Shown one piece after another: positions 15,843 through 28,103 of a stretch of DNA of 64,000 nucleotides. The position numbers and the translations under genes are program-made. The notes beneath the pieces are model-generated. The model had not been told where the DNA came from, did no database searches, and was given only the letters and a program-made list of their open reading frames with translations. The stretch is from NCBI RefSeq assembly GCF_965233615.1, contig NZ_OZ247495.1. The stretch is one strand, 5' to 3'. This DNA is from Pelagibius sp. (GTDB lineage: Bacteria; Pseudomonadota; Alphaproteobacteria; Kiloniellales; Kiloniellaceae). How positions within the stretch are numbered: position 1 is the stretch's first letter; each line of letters opens with the position of its first letter.

Positions 15843-16922
15843 TCAAACCGCGAAGCGCGCCACGGCAGCTTCGTCCCAGGCAACGCCGCTGCCCGGCTCG
15901 TCACGGATCAAGACCTTGCCGTCGCGCAGTTCCGCCGGCTGCTGCAGGACTGCGGCGGCAAGATCGAGATACTCCACCAGGTGCGCCGTCGGGGTCACCG
16001 CCAGTAAGTGGGCCGAGACCTCCGGCCAGAGATGGCTCGATACGGGCAGGCCCGCGCCTTCGGCCAGGGCGGCCGCCTTCATCCAGCCGGTGATGCCGCC
16101 GATCTTCATGACGTCCACCATCGCCAGGTCCGACGCGCCGGCGGCGACCGCCTTCTGCATATCCGGCAGCCCCCACCAGTTCTCGCCGAACTGGATCGCC
16201 GTGCGGGTTTCCCTGGCAATTTTCGCATGGCCGGCGAAATCCTCCGCAATGGTCGGCTCCTCGATCCAGGCGAGACCTTCATTGTCGAGAACGGCGGTGC
16301 GCGCCAGGGCTTCGGGCACCGAGAGTGACTGGTTGTAATCAACCATGACTGCCATGTCCGGGCCGGCTGCGTCACGGACCGCACGGATCACAGCAAGATC
16401 CTCGGCAATCGTGGCATGGCCGATCTTGACCTTGAAGGCACGAAAGCCGCTTTCGCAGGCTGCCGCCGCGGCCTCGGCTGCCTTTTCGGCGGTGAGCATG
16501 GAATGGCTGTCGTAGGCCGGAACCGCAGCGGGTGCGCCGCCAAGCAGACGCACCAGAGGCACGCCCGCCGCCTTGGCCTGCGCGTCCCAGGCCGCCATGT
16601 CCAGGCCCGCCATCGCCATACCGACGAGCCCCTGCACGCCGAGCAGCCGAAAGCGCGCCCGCAGCAGCCGGTCGAGGTCTTGCGGGGCGACGGCAGCGCC
16701 TTTCACCATGGGCTCGATGTTGCGCAGGGTCTCGGCAATCGGCCCCATGACGACAGGGCTGTAGCAGAAAAGATAGGCGCAGCCGGTAACGCCTTCTTCG
16801 CTGTGCAGATCGATCAAAACCAGCGGCGCTTCGGGAACCTGGCCGCTTGCCGCGGTCAAGGGCGGATCAAGAGGTACTGAAACCGGACGGGCTGCCAGGG
16901 AATGCAGGGTCAGTCTTTCCAT
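15843..16922 (-). CDS. Enolase-superfamily enzyme (mandelate racemase / muconate lactonizing enzyme family)
   Basis: ATG 16922 is preceded by AAGGAGG. Motifs: FKVKIGH, MVDYNQS, WIEEP, DVMKIGGITG. Confidence 0.88.
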   Translation of the reverse strand: MERLTLHSLAARPVSVPLDPPLTAASGQVPEAPLVLIDLHSEEGVTGCAYLFCYSPVVMGPIAETLRNIEPMVKGAAVAPQDLDRLLRARFRLLGVQGLVGMAMAGLDMAAWDAQAKAAGVPLVRLLGGAPAAVPAYDSHSMLTAEKAAEAAAAACESGFRAFKVKIGHATIAEDLAVIRAVRDAAGPDMAVMVDYNQSLSVPEALARTAVLDNEGLAWIEEPTIAEDFAGHAKIARETRTAIQFGENWWGLPDMQKAVAAGASDLAMVDVMKIGGITGWMKAAALAEGAGLPVSSHLWPEVSAHLLAVTPTAHLVEYLDLAAAVLQQPAELRDGKVLIRDEPGSGVAWDEAAVARFAV

Positions 16923-17042
16923 CGGCGCTTTCCTCCTTAGAAGCGCCAAACCGGACTTTTTATTGTTCCATTTCAGTAGCTTGGCGCCTTAGAGGCTATC
17001 ATCTCCGCAACGCACTGGGAAGGCTTTCGATGACGTTCAAGC

Positions 17043-17630
17043 CTATGGCTCTTCCGGCGACTCGCTTTTCGGCAGAGCTTCACGCCGATGCACGTCAGCG
17101 GCATTCACCTCACGGTGCCAATCCTCCACCGAGGTCCAGGCCTTGATGCCGGAAGGCATGGGCGGGGAGCGGCGATGCAGGCCGAGCGCCTCCAGCACGG
17201 TTGCCGAGGTGAGCCTGTGGCCGTCCTCGACAAAGGCCGCACGGACCAGCGCCAGGGCGGCGATGCGTCCTTCGGACATGAAAATCTGTTCCATGTAGAC
17301 GAAGTCTTCGTCCCAACAGACGACGCGGGTGTGCAATTCGAAACGCTGAAAGGGTTTCAACGACCGGCGGAAGGTAATTGTCTGTGCCGCAACAACAGGC
17401 ATCCAGCGGCGCTGGCGAAACAGTTTCAAAGCGCCGTTGCGCGCCATCAGATCGATCCGCCCGAGGTCCATCAAGGTCAGATAGCGCCCGTTGTTCATGT
17501 GAAGATTGAAGTCGAGATCGTTTGGCCAGACCCGCAGGCTGATAACCGAGACATCCAGCGCGGCAAGCGCCGCACCAAAGCGCGCAGCGAACAGAACTTT
17601 GATGAGACGAAAGATCAGGTTCATCGCCAA
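17043..17630 (-). CDS. Hotdog-fold acyl-CoA thioesterase family protein
   Basis: The 195-aa sequence WPNDLDFNLHMNNGRYLTLMDLGR...FRRSLKPFQRFELHTRV follows the 4HBT_2-like pattern. Confidence 0.75.
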   Translation of the reverse strand: MAMNLIFRLIKVLFAARFGAALAALDVSVISLRVWPNDLDFNLHMNNGRYLTLMDLGRIDLMARNGALKLFRQRRWMPVVAAQTITFRRSLKPFQRFELHTRVVCWDEDFVYMEQIFMSEGRIAALALVRAAFVEDGHRLTSATVLEALGLHRRSPPMPSGIKAWTSVEDWHREVNAADVHRREALPKSESPEEP

Positions 17631-17783
17631 AGAGCCTGCGGCTCAACCTTTCCTGCTTGGCAGAGGAATTGCGTCCAGCGACCTGTCTCCACCGCCCGGA
17701 GCTTGCCAAGAGAGGTGCAAGAGCGTCAAACTTTCAATCGAAGCAAAGGACGCCGCGGCAAAACGCTGATACAGGAGGGCCTG

Positions 17784-18410
17784 ATGCCTGACACCATTGC
17801 CGTTACCGCCGACAAGAGAACCAACTATCTGGTTCGCCCGCTTTGCCCGGAAGACCGGGAAATGATCGAGCAGGCCCTTAAACTGCTGTCACCGCGCACG
17901 CTCTATTCGCGCTTCCACAGCCACGGCGTGAAGTTGAGCAAGAAGGACCTCGACTATCTGACGACGACCGATGGGCGTGACCATGTCTCCTGGCTGGTGA
18001 TCGATCCGTCGAAAAGGCCGGAGGACTTCCCTATCGCGCTGGGCCGCTACGTCCGCGACAAGACGCAGCCGTCCCGGGCGGAGGTCGCCCTGACCGTCTG
18101 CGACAGGCACCAGGGCCAGGGTGTTTCAAAGGTGTTGTTGGGAGCGCTCGGCGCTTCGGCGGTGGCGGCAGGGGTGGAGAGCTTTCACGGCAGCCTGTTG
18201 ACGGAAAATCACAGCTTGCGCCGATTGATGCAGAGCCTGGGGGCCGAACTCACCATGCGGGACGGCACACTGCAGGCCGAAGCTTCCGCCGATCCATGGC
18301 AACTGCCCGATAGCGCCGCGGCCCGCAAGATCCGCCGCGTCGCGACCCAGGTCGGCACCGCGCTCAACGGTCAGCGGGATTCGGCGAGCAGCGTCAGAAT
18401 GCGTTCATAG
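17784..18410 (+). CDS. GNAT-family N-acetyltransferase (Pat-type GNAT domain-like)
   Basis: ATG 17784 is preceded by AGGAGGG. The sequence has LSPRTLYSRF plus CDRHQGQGVSKVLLGAL (acetyl-CoA P-loop-like Q/R-x-x-G-x-G/A). The track ORF from 17088 is an over-extension antisense to the thioesterase. Confidence 0.8.
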   Translation: MPDTIAVTADKRTNYLVRPLCPEDREMIEQALKLLSPRTLYSRFHSHGVKLSKKDLDYLTTTDGRDHVSWLVIDPSKRPEDFPIALGRYVRDKTQPSRAEVALTVCDRHQGQGVSKVLLGALGASAVAAGVESFHGSLLTENHSLRRLMQSLGAELTMRDGTLQAEASADPWQLPDSAAARKIRRVATQVGTALNGQRDSASSVRMRS

Positions 18411-18760
18411 AGCTGGTCGTCGCTTTCGGCGGCCTGGGTGATCGAGTTGTACTCCTGCACCGTGAGCCCCTGAGCCTCGACCTCTGCGATCATGCGCTCT
18501 GTTGCCTTACGCGTCAGGTCGGCGGCTTCGCCCGATGTTTGCGCCTCTTCGATGCGCGGCTGCCAGGCTTTGTCGATCTCCTGGATCTTCACCACCGCCG
18601 ATACATAGGCCTCCAACTGGCCGTCGCTGAAGCCCGTGTTCTCTGCCTGGACGAGCTGCAAGAGGCCGTTCGAGGCGGCGCGGGCCTCCTGTCCCGGCAG
18701 GAAACCGGCCAGCAGCGCAAGGGGAACGGCAACGACGGCAACCGGTAGAAACTTCAGCAT
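18371..18760 (-). CDS. DUF4168-like periplasmic protein
   Basis: The start MLKFLPVAVVAVPLALLAG is a signal peptide. FSDGQLEAYVSAVVKIQEI...MIAEVEAQGLTVQEYNSI fits the DUF4168 repeat pattern. Confidence 0.65.
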   Translation of the reverse strand: MLKFLPVAVVAVPLALLAGFLPGQEARAASNGLLQLVQAENTGFSDGQLEAYVSAVVKIQEIDKAWQPRIEEAQTSGEAADLTRKATERMIAEVEAQGLTVQEYNSITQAAESDDQLYERILTLLAESR

Positions 18761-18955
18761 CGCAAAGCCCTCTCTGGATCTGGAAAGGCGCCGGCGGCTA
18801 TGCGCATGGGCGGTCTTCCCGTTTTGTGGCTGCAAGCAAGACGCCGAAGGACCGGCCCTATTCCGCGAAACCGCGGGGGCCAGAATTTGTCACGCGCCCT
18901 CCAGCCCTCGGCCGGACCTGCCGCAGCTATGGTCTGCAGCCCCAAAACCCGGCTT

Positions 18956-19654
18956 CTAGAAATTCTCGGTCCAGGGCCGCAGTTCCACGCTGCTCGACCA
19001 GGCGCTGGGGTGCTGCGCATGGGTCTGGTAGTAGGTTTCGGCAATGGCGGCCGGGTTCAGCTTCGCATTCCCGCCATCGCTGCCGATGGCACCGTCGATG
19101 ACGAAGTGGGCGACATGGATTCCTTCCGGCTGCAGCGCCCGGGCCATGGATTCGGCGAGCGCGCGCAGACCGAATTTCGCGACCGCGAAGCCGGCGGAGA
19201 GCGGAAAGGCCTTTGTGCTCGCCGTCGCGCCCGTGAAAAGGATGGTCCCGGCCTTGCGCGGCTGCATGCGCCGCGCAGCCTCGCGGCCCAACAGGAAACC
19301 GCCGAAACAGCCCCGCATCCAGGCATCGATGAATTCCTGCGCCTCGATCTCGGCGATCGGTTTGCGCACCCGGCCGGAAGCATTAAAGACAGCGACCGCC
19401 GCTGGGCCGAGATCGCGCTCTGCCGCATCGAAGAGGGCGACCACATCGGCCTCTTCGGTTGCATCGGCCCGATAGGCCTGTGCAACTCCGCCGCTGGCCG
19501 TTATCTCCGCCACCAGATCGCCCAGCCGCTCCGGCCGCCGGGCGGCCAGCGCCACCGCATAGCCGCCGGCCGCAAAGCGCCGTGCCACCGCCGCACCCAG
19601 GCCCGGGCCAACACCCAGGATCACGCAAGATTGTCGTTCCGCCATGCTTCCCAC
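18956..19654 (-). CDS. SDR-family oxidoreductase
   Basis: Rossmann motif ILGVGPGLGAAVARRF and short-chain dehydrogenase length. The start is either 19654 or 19645. Confidence 0.85.
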   Translation of the reverse strand: MGSMAERQSCVILGVGPGLGAAVARRFAAGGYAVALAARRPERLGDLVAEITASGGVAQAYRADATEEADVVALFDAAERDLGPAAVAVFNASGRVRKPIAEIEAQEFIDAWMRGCFGGFLLGREAARRMQPRKAGTILFTGATASTKAFPLSAGFAVAKFGLRALAESMARALQPEGIHVAHFVIDGAIGSDGGNAKLNPAAIAETYYQTHAQHPSAWSSSVELRPWTENF

Positions 19655-19743
19655 TCCCTTTTGTTAACCAGCAAGACAGCAGCCTTGCCGCTCCTTCTAG
19701 ATAGGAAGGGCTCTCGACCTTTGCAGCGAAGGGTTCGAGCGGC

Positions 19744-20415
19744 TTAGCGGGTCAGGACCACCGGCCCGGTTTCGGCGCGCGCCTGCCAGCCCTGTCTTTG
19801 CAGTTCCGGATCGTCGTGCTCCGCTTCGGGGTAGCCGAGACAGAGGTAGGCGACCAGCCGCCAAGTCTCGTCGGCCGCAAGATCCCGGGTGAGGCGCTGG
19901 GGATCGAGAATCGAAACCCAGCCCAGCCCGACACCGGCAGCACGCGCGGCCAGCCAAAGGGTGTGAACGGCGCAGACGGTGGAGTACTGCAACGTCTCCG
20001 GCATGGTGCGTCGGCCGAGCCCCTGCCCCGCCTCCGGCGCCAGATCGGCGAAGACCGCCAGATGCTCAGGCGCCTCGCGCAGCCCCGCCAGTTTAAGCCT
20101 CGCGTAAAGCGCGGCGCGGTCGCCGCTGTAGTCGGCCAGCGCTTCGGCATTGGCAGCCTCGAAATTCTCGATCACGCGCGCCCGGCTTTCGACGGAGATC
20201 ACCCGCACAAAACGCCAGGGCTGGCTGAGGCCGACGCTGGGCGCCAGTGCTGCCAGACCCAGCAGCCGTTCCAGCAGCCCCTCGGGCAGCGCATCACGGC
20301 GGAAGTGCCGCACGTCGCGCCGCCAGACCAAAAGCTCTTCGAGCTTTGCCTGAAAGTCGGCCCCGAAATCGGGGCCCGTACTGAGAATCGAGGGTTTCTC
20401 CGTCATCGGGCGCAC
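19744..20415 (-). CDS. bluB: 5,6-dimethylbenzimidazole synthase (BluB, nitroreductase fold)
   Basis: BluB-diagnostic blocks: RRDVRHF, APSVGLSQPWRF, YSTVCAVHTLWLAARAAGVGLGWVSI, PELQRQGW. Confidence 0.88.
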   Translation of the reverse strand: MRPMTEKPSILSTGPDFGADFQAKLEELLVWRRDVRHFRRDALPEGLLERLLGLAALAPSVGLSQPWRFVRVISVESRARVIENFEAANAEALADYSGDRAALYARLKLAGLREAPEHLAVFADLAPEAGQGLGRRTMPETLQYSTVCAVHTLWLAARAAGVGLGWVSILDPQRLTRDLAADETWRLVAYLCLGYPEAEHDDPELQRQGWQARAETGPVVLTR

Positions 20416-20642
20416 TATTCATCCAATGACACAGGCCCCGCAAGACCGCTCAACACAAGGCATCCGGACGGCTCCGCCATTCCGGTCTGAGAAAACAACC
20501 AGTTGTGAAGAGACGAAGCCCGAAACTTGGCGTAAGCTATCGGAAAGAAACAGATTCCGGCTTTCTTGCGGCCGGTGAACGCTGCCAAGCGTCCGGCCGG
20601 AGCCGGATGCGGTAGCCGAACCGAAACCTGCGAGGGAGCATC

Positions 20643-21506
20643 ATGGATACCATCCGGAACCCCATCGAGTGGGGCATGGACGCCCTGAAGGATGCGGGCC
20701 ATGCCATCGAGTCCACCAGCAATGCCCTGCAGGGCAGCGAAACCGCAAGCGGGCGGACACGGCCCCGTGTCAACCGGATCGGCGCCGCCGACCTGCGTTA
20801 CGCGCTGAAGCAGGGCTTCAACGACTTCGCCACCTACCGCAGCGATGTGATCTTCCTCTGCATCATCTACCCGGCGATCAGCATCGTGCTTGTCTATGCG
20901 GCCCTGAACCAGAATCTGCTGGCGCTGCTGTTCCCCCTCGCCTCCGGCTTCGCGCTGGTCGGCCCTGTCGCCGCGGTGGGGCTCTACGAACTGAGCCGGC
21001 GCCGGGAGCGCGGCCTGCCCGCGAGTTGGCTGCACGCCTTCGGCATGGTGCGGCAGCCTTCCTTCGGGGCCATCACCATCCTCGGGCTGGTCCTGCTGAT
21101 GCTGTTCTTCTTCTGGCTGACTGCCGCCCAGTTGATCTACATGGCGACCCTGGGGCCGGAGCCGCCGGTCTCCATGAGCGCCTTCATCGCCGACGTGCTG
21201 ACCACCTCCGCCGGCTGGACCATGACCCTCATCGGCTGCGGGGTCGGCTTCCTCTTCGCCCTCATCGTGCTGGCCATCAGCGTCGTCTCCTTCCCGCTGC
21301 TGCTCGACCGCCCGGTCGGCATCGGCACCGCGGTCGGCACCTCGCTGCGCGCCGTCGCGGTCAACCCCGGCACCATGGCGCTCTGGGGCCTCATCGTCGC
21401 CGGCGCCCTGGTGCTCGGCTCCCTCCCCCTCTTCCTCGGCCTCGTCATCGTCATGCCGGTCCTCGGCCACGCGACCTGGCATCTCTATCGACGGGTGGTG
21501 GGGTAG
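20643..21506 (+). CDS. DUF2189 integral membrane protein
   Basis: The blocks IGAADLRYALKQGFNDFATYRSDVIFLCIIYP...LFPLASGFALVGPVAAVGLYELSRRRE are typical of DUF2189. Confidence 0.75.
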   Translation: MDTIRNPIEWGMDALKDAGHAIESTSNALQGSETASGRTRPRVNRIGAADLRYALKQGFNDFATYRSDVIFLCIIYPAISIVLVYAALNQNLLALLFPLASGFALVGPVAAVGLYELSRRRERGLPASWLHAFGMVRQPSFGAITILGLVLLMLFFFWLTAAQLIYMATLGPEPPVSMSAFIADVLTTSAGWTMTLIGCGVGFLFALIVLAISVVSFPLLLDRPVGIGTAVGTSLRAVAVNPGTMALWGLIVAGALVLGSLPLFLGLVIVMPVLGHATWHLYRRVVG

Positions 21507-21742
21507 AGTAAAACTGGCAAGGCCGGCGACAGGGCTCTTCTCTGTTGGGAGGGTAAGGGCTCTGAACCCCAGGGTTTCTGCCCTTTCCGGCCCCTTTTGT
21601 GTGCAATGCAACATAACTCTCCTTGACTTAGGGAGCGAAAAGAGGCATCTAGCGCTCATCGATATCTCGCGATCGCGCGAAAGGCCTCTCCTGGCGGGGG
21701 CGCCTCTCATCCCGAGATCCATCTTTTCCCAAAAAATTCCGT

Positions 21743-23308
<1,566 letters not shown>

Positions 23309-23336
23309 TCACCTCAACCTTTCCGGTTCATCAAGT

Positions 23337-23367
23337 AAGGCCGCCACGGATAATCCGTGGCGGCCTT
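23337..23367. terminator. Strong hairpin between convergent genes (probable bidirectional terminator)
   Basis: AAGGCCGCCACGG-ataat-CCGTGGCGGCCTT forms a 13-bp stem. It is followed by TGCCGTT on + and sits between the helicase stop and the methyltransferase stop. Confidence 0.6.
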
Positions 23368-23389
23368 TGCCGTTAATGATGCAGCCCTC

Positions 23390-24487
23390 TCAAGGCCGGC
23401 AGAGGTAGTAGTAGTTCACCGGGTCGTGCTCCAGTTCGTTGACCTCGACCGAAGTGAAACCGGCTTCGGCAAAGTAGCGCTCCGCCGTCTCGCGCCCCCA
23501 CATGGCGCCGAGGCCCTCGCCGCCCTGGGCCAATGACACGGTCATGCAGTGCATGCAGGAAACCGTGTAGAGCATCGGGCCCATGGGGTGATCGCGGTCA
23601 TGATGGTGGTGGCTCGATCCCTTGATGTCCTGTGCCAGATAGACACCGTCCTTAGCCAGAGCGCGGTGGATGCCCTTCAGCAGGTTGAGGGGTTGCCCTT
23701 GATCGTGCACGGCATCGAAGGTGGTGACCAGATCGAAAGTCGCTTCCGACGTAGTCCGATCAAAGTCGCTCAGATCCCGGGCGTCGAAAGTCAGATTCTT
23801 AAGACCCTTCCTTACGACTTCGGCGCGCGCCCAGGCGATGTTGCCTTCGGAAAGATCGTAGCCCTGGAAACGGCTCTTGGGGAAACGCTCAGCCATCAGC
23901 ATCAGGGCCCGGCCCCGGCCGCAGCCGGCGTCGAGAACGCGGATGCCGCTCTCCAGGCGCTCCATCAGACCCGGCGCCAACGGCAGGATGTGATCGAACA
24001 GGGCGGGCAGCACCGATTGGGCGCTGTCCTCGGCCATGACCTCGTGAAAGCGGTCGTAGCGCGCATAGGGCACCCCGCCACCCTCACGGAAACAGGCCAG
24101 GATGTCGTCCTCGACACTACCGAGCACGGCGATGTACTGGGCGAAGACCGCCAGGTTGGCCTCGGCCGAGCGGGTCAGCAGAGCGGCATGTTCCGCCGGC
24201 AGGCGATAGTTGCCCTGTTCCGCGTCCAGATCCACGACACCGCCGACGACCATGGCGCCCAGCCACTCCCGCACGTAGCGCTCCTGCAGGCCGGCGCGCT
24301 CCGCCAGAGCCTCGGCCGTCAAGAGCGGTGCGCCCTCCAGGGCGTCGAAAAGCCCGCTGCGGTGGCCCAGAGAGGTCATCAGCATCATTGAGGCCTCGTT
24401 GAGGGCCCCGACCATGCGGGCTTCGAAGGCTTCGCTGCGTTGGGTATCGAAGTCGGCTTTCTGAGGATTTTGGACGGCGGAGGACAT
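23390..24487 (-). CDS. Class I SAM-dependent methyltransferase with N-terminal winged-helix (Rv2258c-like)
   Basis: VLDAGCGRGRAL (SAM motif I) and the N-terminal dimerisation/wHTH region ALAERAGLQERYVREWL. The likely start is MSSAVQNP (24487). Confidence 0.85.
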   Translation of the reverse strand: MSSAVQNPQKADFDTQRSEAFEARMVGALNEASMMLMTSLGHRSGLFDALEGAPLLTAEALAERAGLQERYVREWLGAMVVGGVVDLDAEQGNYRLPAEHAALLTRSAEANLAVFAQYIAVLGSVEDDILACFREGGGVPYARYDRFHEVMAEDSAQSVLPALFDHILPLAPGLMERLESGIRVLDAGCGRGRALMLMAERFPKSRFQGYDLSEGNIAWARAEVVRKGLKNLTFDARDLSDFDRTTSEATFDLVTTFDAVHDQGQPLNLLKGIHRALAKDGVYLAQDIKGSSHHHHDRDHPMGPMLYTVSCMHCMTVSLAQGGEGLGAMWGRETAERYFAEAGFTSVEVNELEHDPVNYYYLCRP

Positions 24488-24593
24488 CCCGGCAGTCTCC
24501 AATTTCGTAGGTAGAAGACGCGGCGCAGGGGTTCTACGCTCCTTTCATCCGTCGCACCAAAGTCAAACAGGTCGAAAACGGGTTGAATCGGTC

Positions 24594-25637
24594 ATGCAGG
24601 CACCTTCCGCCAAGACTCCCATAACCGCCGCCATCCTCGCCACGCCGGAGAGTTCCGCCTCCACGCTCTACGGGATGCATGACGTTTTCTGCTCGGCGGG
24701 GCGCGATTGGGATTTCATCACCACCGGTGTTCCCGGTAAGCCAGCCATAAAATCCTATGTGGTCGGCGAGACGACGGAGACCTTCGCCGCCGCCAACGGC
24801 GTGCCGATCACGCCGCAGGTCAGCATCGCGGACTGCCCGCCGCCGCAGATCATCTGCATCCCCGACCTTCACCTCCCGCCGGGAAAGCCCATCGCCGGCT
24901 GTCATGCGGCCACCGTCGAATGGCTGCGGTCCTGCTACGACCGGGGCGCGACCCTGACAGCGGCCTGTTCCGGCAGCCTGCTGCTGGGTGAGGCCGGATT
25001 GCTGGACGGCTGCGATGCCACCACGCATTGGGGGTTCACCGAGACATTGGCCCGGGACTATCCGCAGGTGAAGGTCCATCCCGCCCGCGCCCTGGTGGCC
25101 TCGGGGCCGGGCCAACGCCTGATCACAGCGGGTGGCGGCACCTCCTGGCAGGATCTCTCGCTTTATCTCGTGGCGCGCTTTCTCGGCCAGGAAGAGGCCG
25201 TGCGGATCGCCCGGATCTATCTGCTGGACTGGCATCATAACGGCCAGCTTCCCTATGCCACCCTCGCCCGCAGCCGCCAGGTCGAGGACAACCGCATCGC
25301 CGCCAGCCAGGAATGGATCGCCGACCACTACGCCGAGGCCGGTCCCGTCGGCGCCATGGCCGCCTTCAGCGGCCTGCCGGAACGCTCCTTCAAACGGCGC
25401 TTCACCAAGGCAACGGGCATGGCGCCCCTGGACTATGTACACACGCTGCGCCTGGAAGAAGCCAAGCAGATGCTGGAATCCGACGACCTGCCCATCGAGG
25501 CGATCGCCAACGAAATCGGCTACGAAGACGCCAGCTTTTTCCGGCGCCTGTTTCGCCGCAAGGTGGGGATGAGTCCCGGCAACTACCGGCGCCGCTTCTC
25601 CGCCTTTCGTAAAGCCCTGCAGGCTGCGGCGGAGTAA
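24594..25637 (+). CDS. GlxA-family transcriptional regulator (DJ-1/PfpI domain + AraC HTH)
   Basis: An N-terminal DJ-1-like domain (ACSGSLLLGEAGLLDG) is followed by a C-terminal AraC HTH (IANEIGYEDASFFRRLFRRKVGMSPGNYRRRF). Confidence 0.9.
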   Translation: MQAPSAKTPITAAILATPESSASTLYGMHDVFCSAGRDWDFITTGVPGKPAIKSYVVGETTETFAAANGVPITPQVSIADCPPPQIICIPDLHLPPGKPIAGCHAATVEWLRSCYDRGATLTAACSGSLLLGEAGLLDGCDATTHWGFTETLARDYPQVKVHPARALVASGPGQRLITAGGGTSWQDLSLYLVARFLGQEEAVRIARIYLLDWHHNGQLPYATLARSRQVEDNRIAASQEWIADHYAEAGPVGAMAAFSGLPERSFKRRFTKATGMAPLDYVHTLRLEEAKQMLESDDLPIEAIANEIGYEDASFFRRLFRRKVGMSPGNYRRRFSAFRKALQAAAE

Positions 25638-25641
25638 ACGC

Positions 25642-26502
25642 TCAGCAGCCGCGATGCCGTCCTGCGGATTCTCGTTGAACAAAGGCGACAATGTCATCGA
25701 GGACAGGGGCTGAACCGCGCAGCGGACGCGACAACGCCCCGACCAGCCGCAGGTGTCCGAGACCGGGATAAAAGCGCGCCTGCGCCCTGCCGCCCGCCGC
25801 CTCTTGACGCTCGGCCAAAACGCGGCTGTTGCGCGGCGACACGATGCCGTCTTCATCGCCGCTCAACAACAGCAAAGGCGGTGCGGAGTCATTCACGTGG
25901 TTGATCGGCTGGGTATCTTCCCTGGTTTCCTCCGGGCCAAAAATGTCCTTCAGGCTGACGCTTTGGAGCGGCAGAAAATCGTAAGGTCCGGCCAGACCGA
26001 CAGCCCCGGCCAAGGTATCGCAGGCCCGCAATTGCTCGGCACCCAGCCAGCGGCCGTCCAGTGCCAGCATGATCGCGTTGTAAGCACCAGCGGAGTGACC
26101 GACCAGAAAGACCGGCCCCTGATGATGACGGTGTGCCCAGGCAACCGCGGCGGCTGAATCTTCGAGGAAGGCCGGATAGCGCACATCGGGATATAGCCGG
26201 TAATCGGGCACCGCCACGGCGACACCCCGGGAAGCGAAGGCCTCGCCCACGAAAAGGTAGTCGCCGCGCTCTCCGTTCTCCCAAGATCCGCCGTAGAAGA
26301 AAACCACCAGCGCCGCGGGATCGCCCGTATCAGGTGTGTAAAGATCGAGACGATGGCGCTCGTCATCGCCGTAGGCGATCGCGGTCTCAACGCGGTAGCC
26401 CTCTTTCGGGGTCAATCCGTTCAGAATGTCGGCTCCGGAGCAGGCACCGAGCAGCGCCAGCGGGGTGAGCGACAGAAGCCGCCGCAAGAAATTCCTTCGC
26501 AT
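25642..26502 (-). CDS. Alpha/beta hydrolase (esterase/lipase-type), probable lipoprotein
   Basis: Lipobox LLGAC, an HGG-like FFYGGSW, and the nucleophile elbow GHSAGA. Confidence 0.85.
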   Translation of the reverse strand: MRRNFLRRLLSLTPLALLGACSGADILNGLTPKEGYRVETAIAYGDDERHRLDLYTPDTGDPAALVVFFYGGSWENGERGDYLFVGEAFASRGVAVAVPDYRLYPDVRYPAFLEDSAAAVAWAHRHHQGPVFLVGHSAGAYNAIMLALDGRWLGAEQLRACDTLAGAVGLAGPYDFLPLQSVSLKDIFGPEETREDTQPINHVNDSAPPLLLLSGDEDGIVSPRNSRVLAERQEAAGGRAQARFYPGLGHLRLVGALSRPLRGSAPVLDDIVAFVQRESAGRHRGC

Positions 26503-26619
26503 AGGAGGTTCTACGCAAACCGGCGGGATCTGGATGCCCGGCCAGCACCCGCCGCAGACAATGGGCGGCGGGCCGTCATTTCAGGCCGCTTCAGCATCCG
26601 TCGTTTTCGTTGATCTTAC

Positions 26620-27465
<846 letters not shown>

Positions 27466-27626
27466 GTCGCATTCCCTCGCAGGCCAGAGCTGGGTAAAGC
27501 CCTGTTCTTATTCTGTAAACGCTGTGGCAAAGAGCCTAACACAGTTTCATATCGGCGACGACTGCTGTAGGACACTCAGACGCGCCATCGCGTGACGCAA
27601 CCGGCGCTGCCAAACAAGGACGGGCG

Positions 27627-28097
27627 ATGAAGTATCTGTTCAGAGGCTTGCTACTGATCATCCTGGGCGTGGTGGCGGTCGGTCTTTTCGTACGCTTTGC
27701 GCCGGTGACGCCCGAAGACTGGCATGTCGACCCGATGACCGTTGAAAGGCCCGACGCGGAGAACTTTTATCTGTTGCGGCCGGAGGGCGGCGATGGGCCC
27801 GCTCCGGTCTTCGATACGACGCCGGAGACTTTGGCCTCTGCATTCCAAGCCTTGGCCGGCGCCATGCCGCGCAGCAGCTTAATCCAGGGTTCTGCCGCAG
27901 CGGGCCATATGACCGTGATGGTCAGATCTCAACTGATGGGCTTTCCGGACTTCGTCACCGTCAAGGTGATGGCGGTCGAAGGCGGCAGTGCCCTGGCGGT
28001 TTTCTCGCGTTCGAAATACGGCTATTCGGATCTGGGGGTCAACAAGGCGCGGGTCGAGGACTGGCTCGCCGAACTTGAAGCGCGACTGCAACCCTAA
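27627..28097 (+). CDS. DUF1499 protein (N-terminal membrane anchor)
   Basis: FPDFVTVKV...AVFSRSKYGYSDLGVNKARVEDWL is the pattern typical of DUF1499. Confidence 0.7.
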   Translation: MKYLFRGLLLIILGVVAVGLFVRFAPVTPEDWHVDPMTVERPDAENFYLLRPEGGDGPAPVFDTTPETLASAFQALAGAMPRSSLIQGSAAAGHMTVMVRSQLMGFPDFVTVKVMAVEGGSALAVFSRSKYGYSDLGVNKARVEDWLAELEARLQP

Positions 28098-28103
28098 AAC
28101 CCT

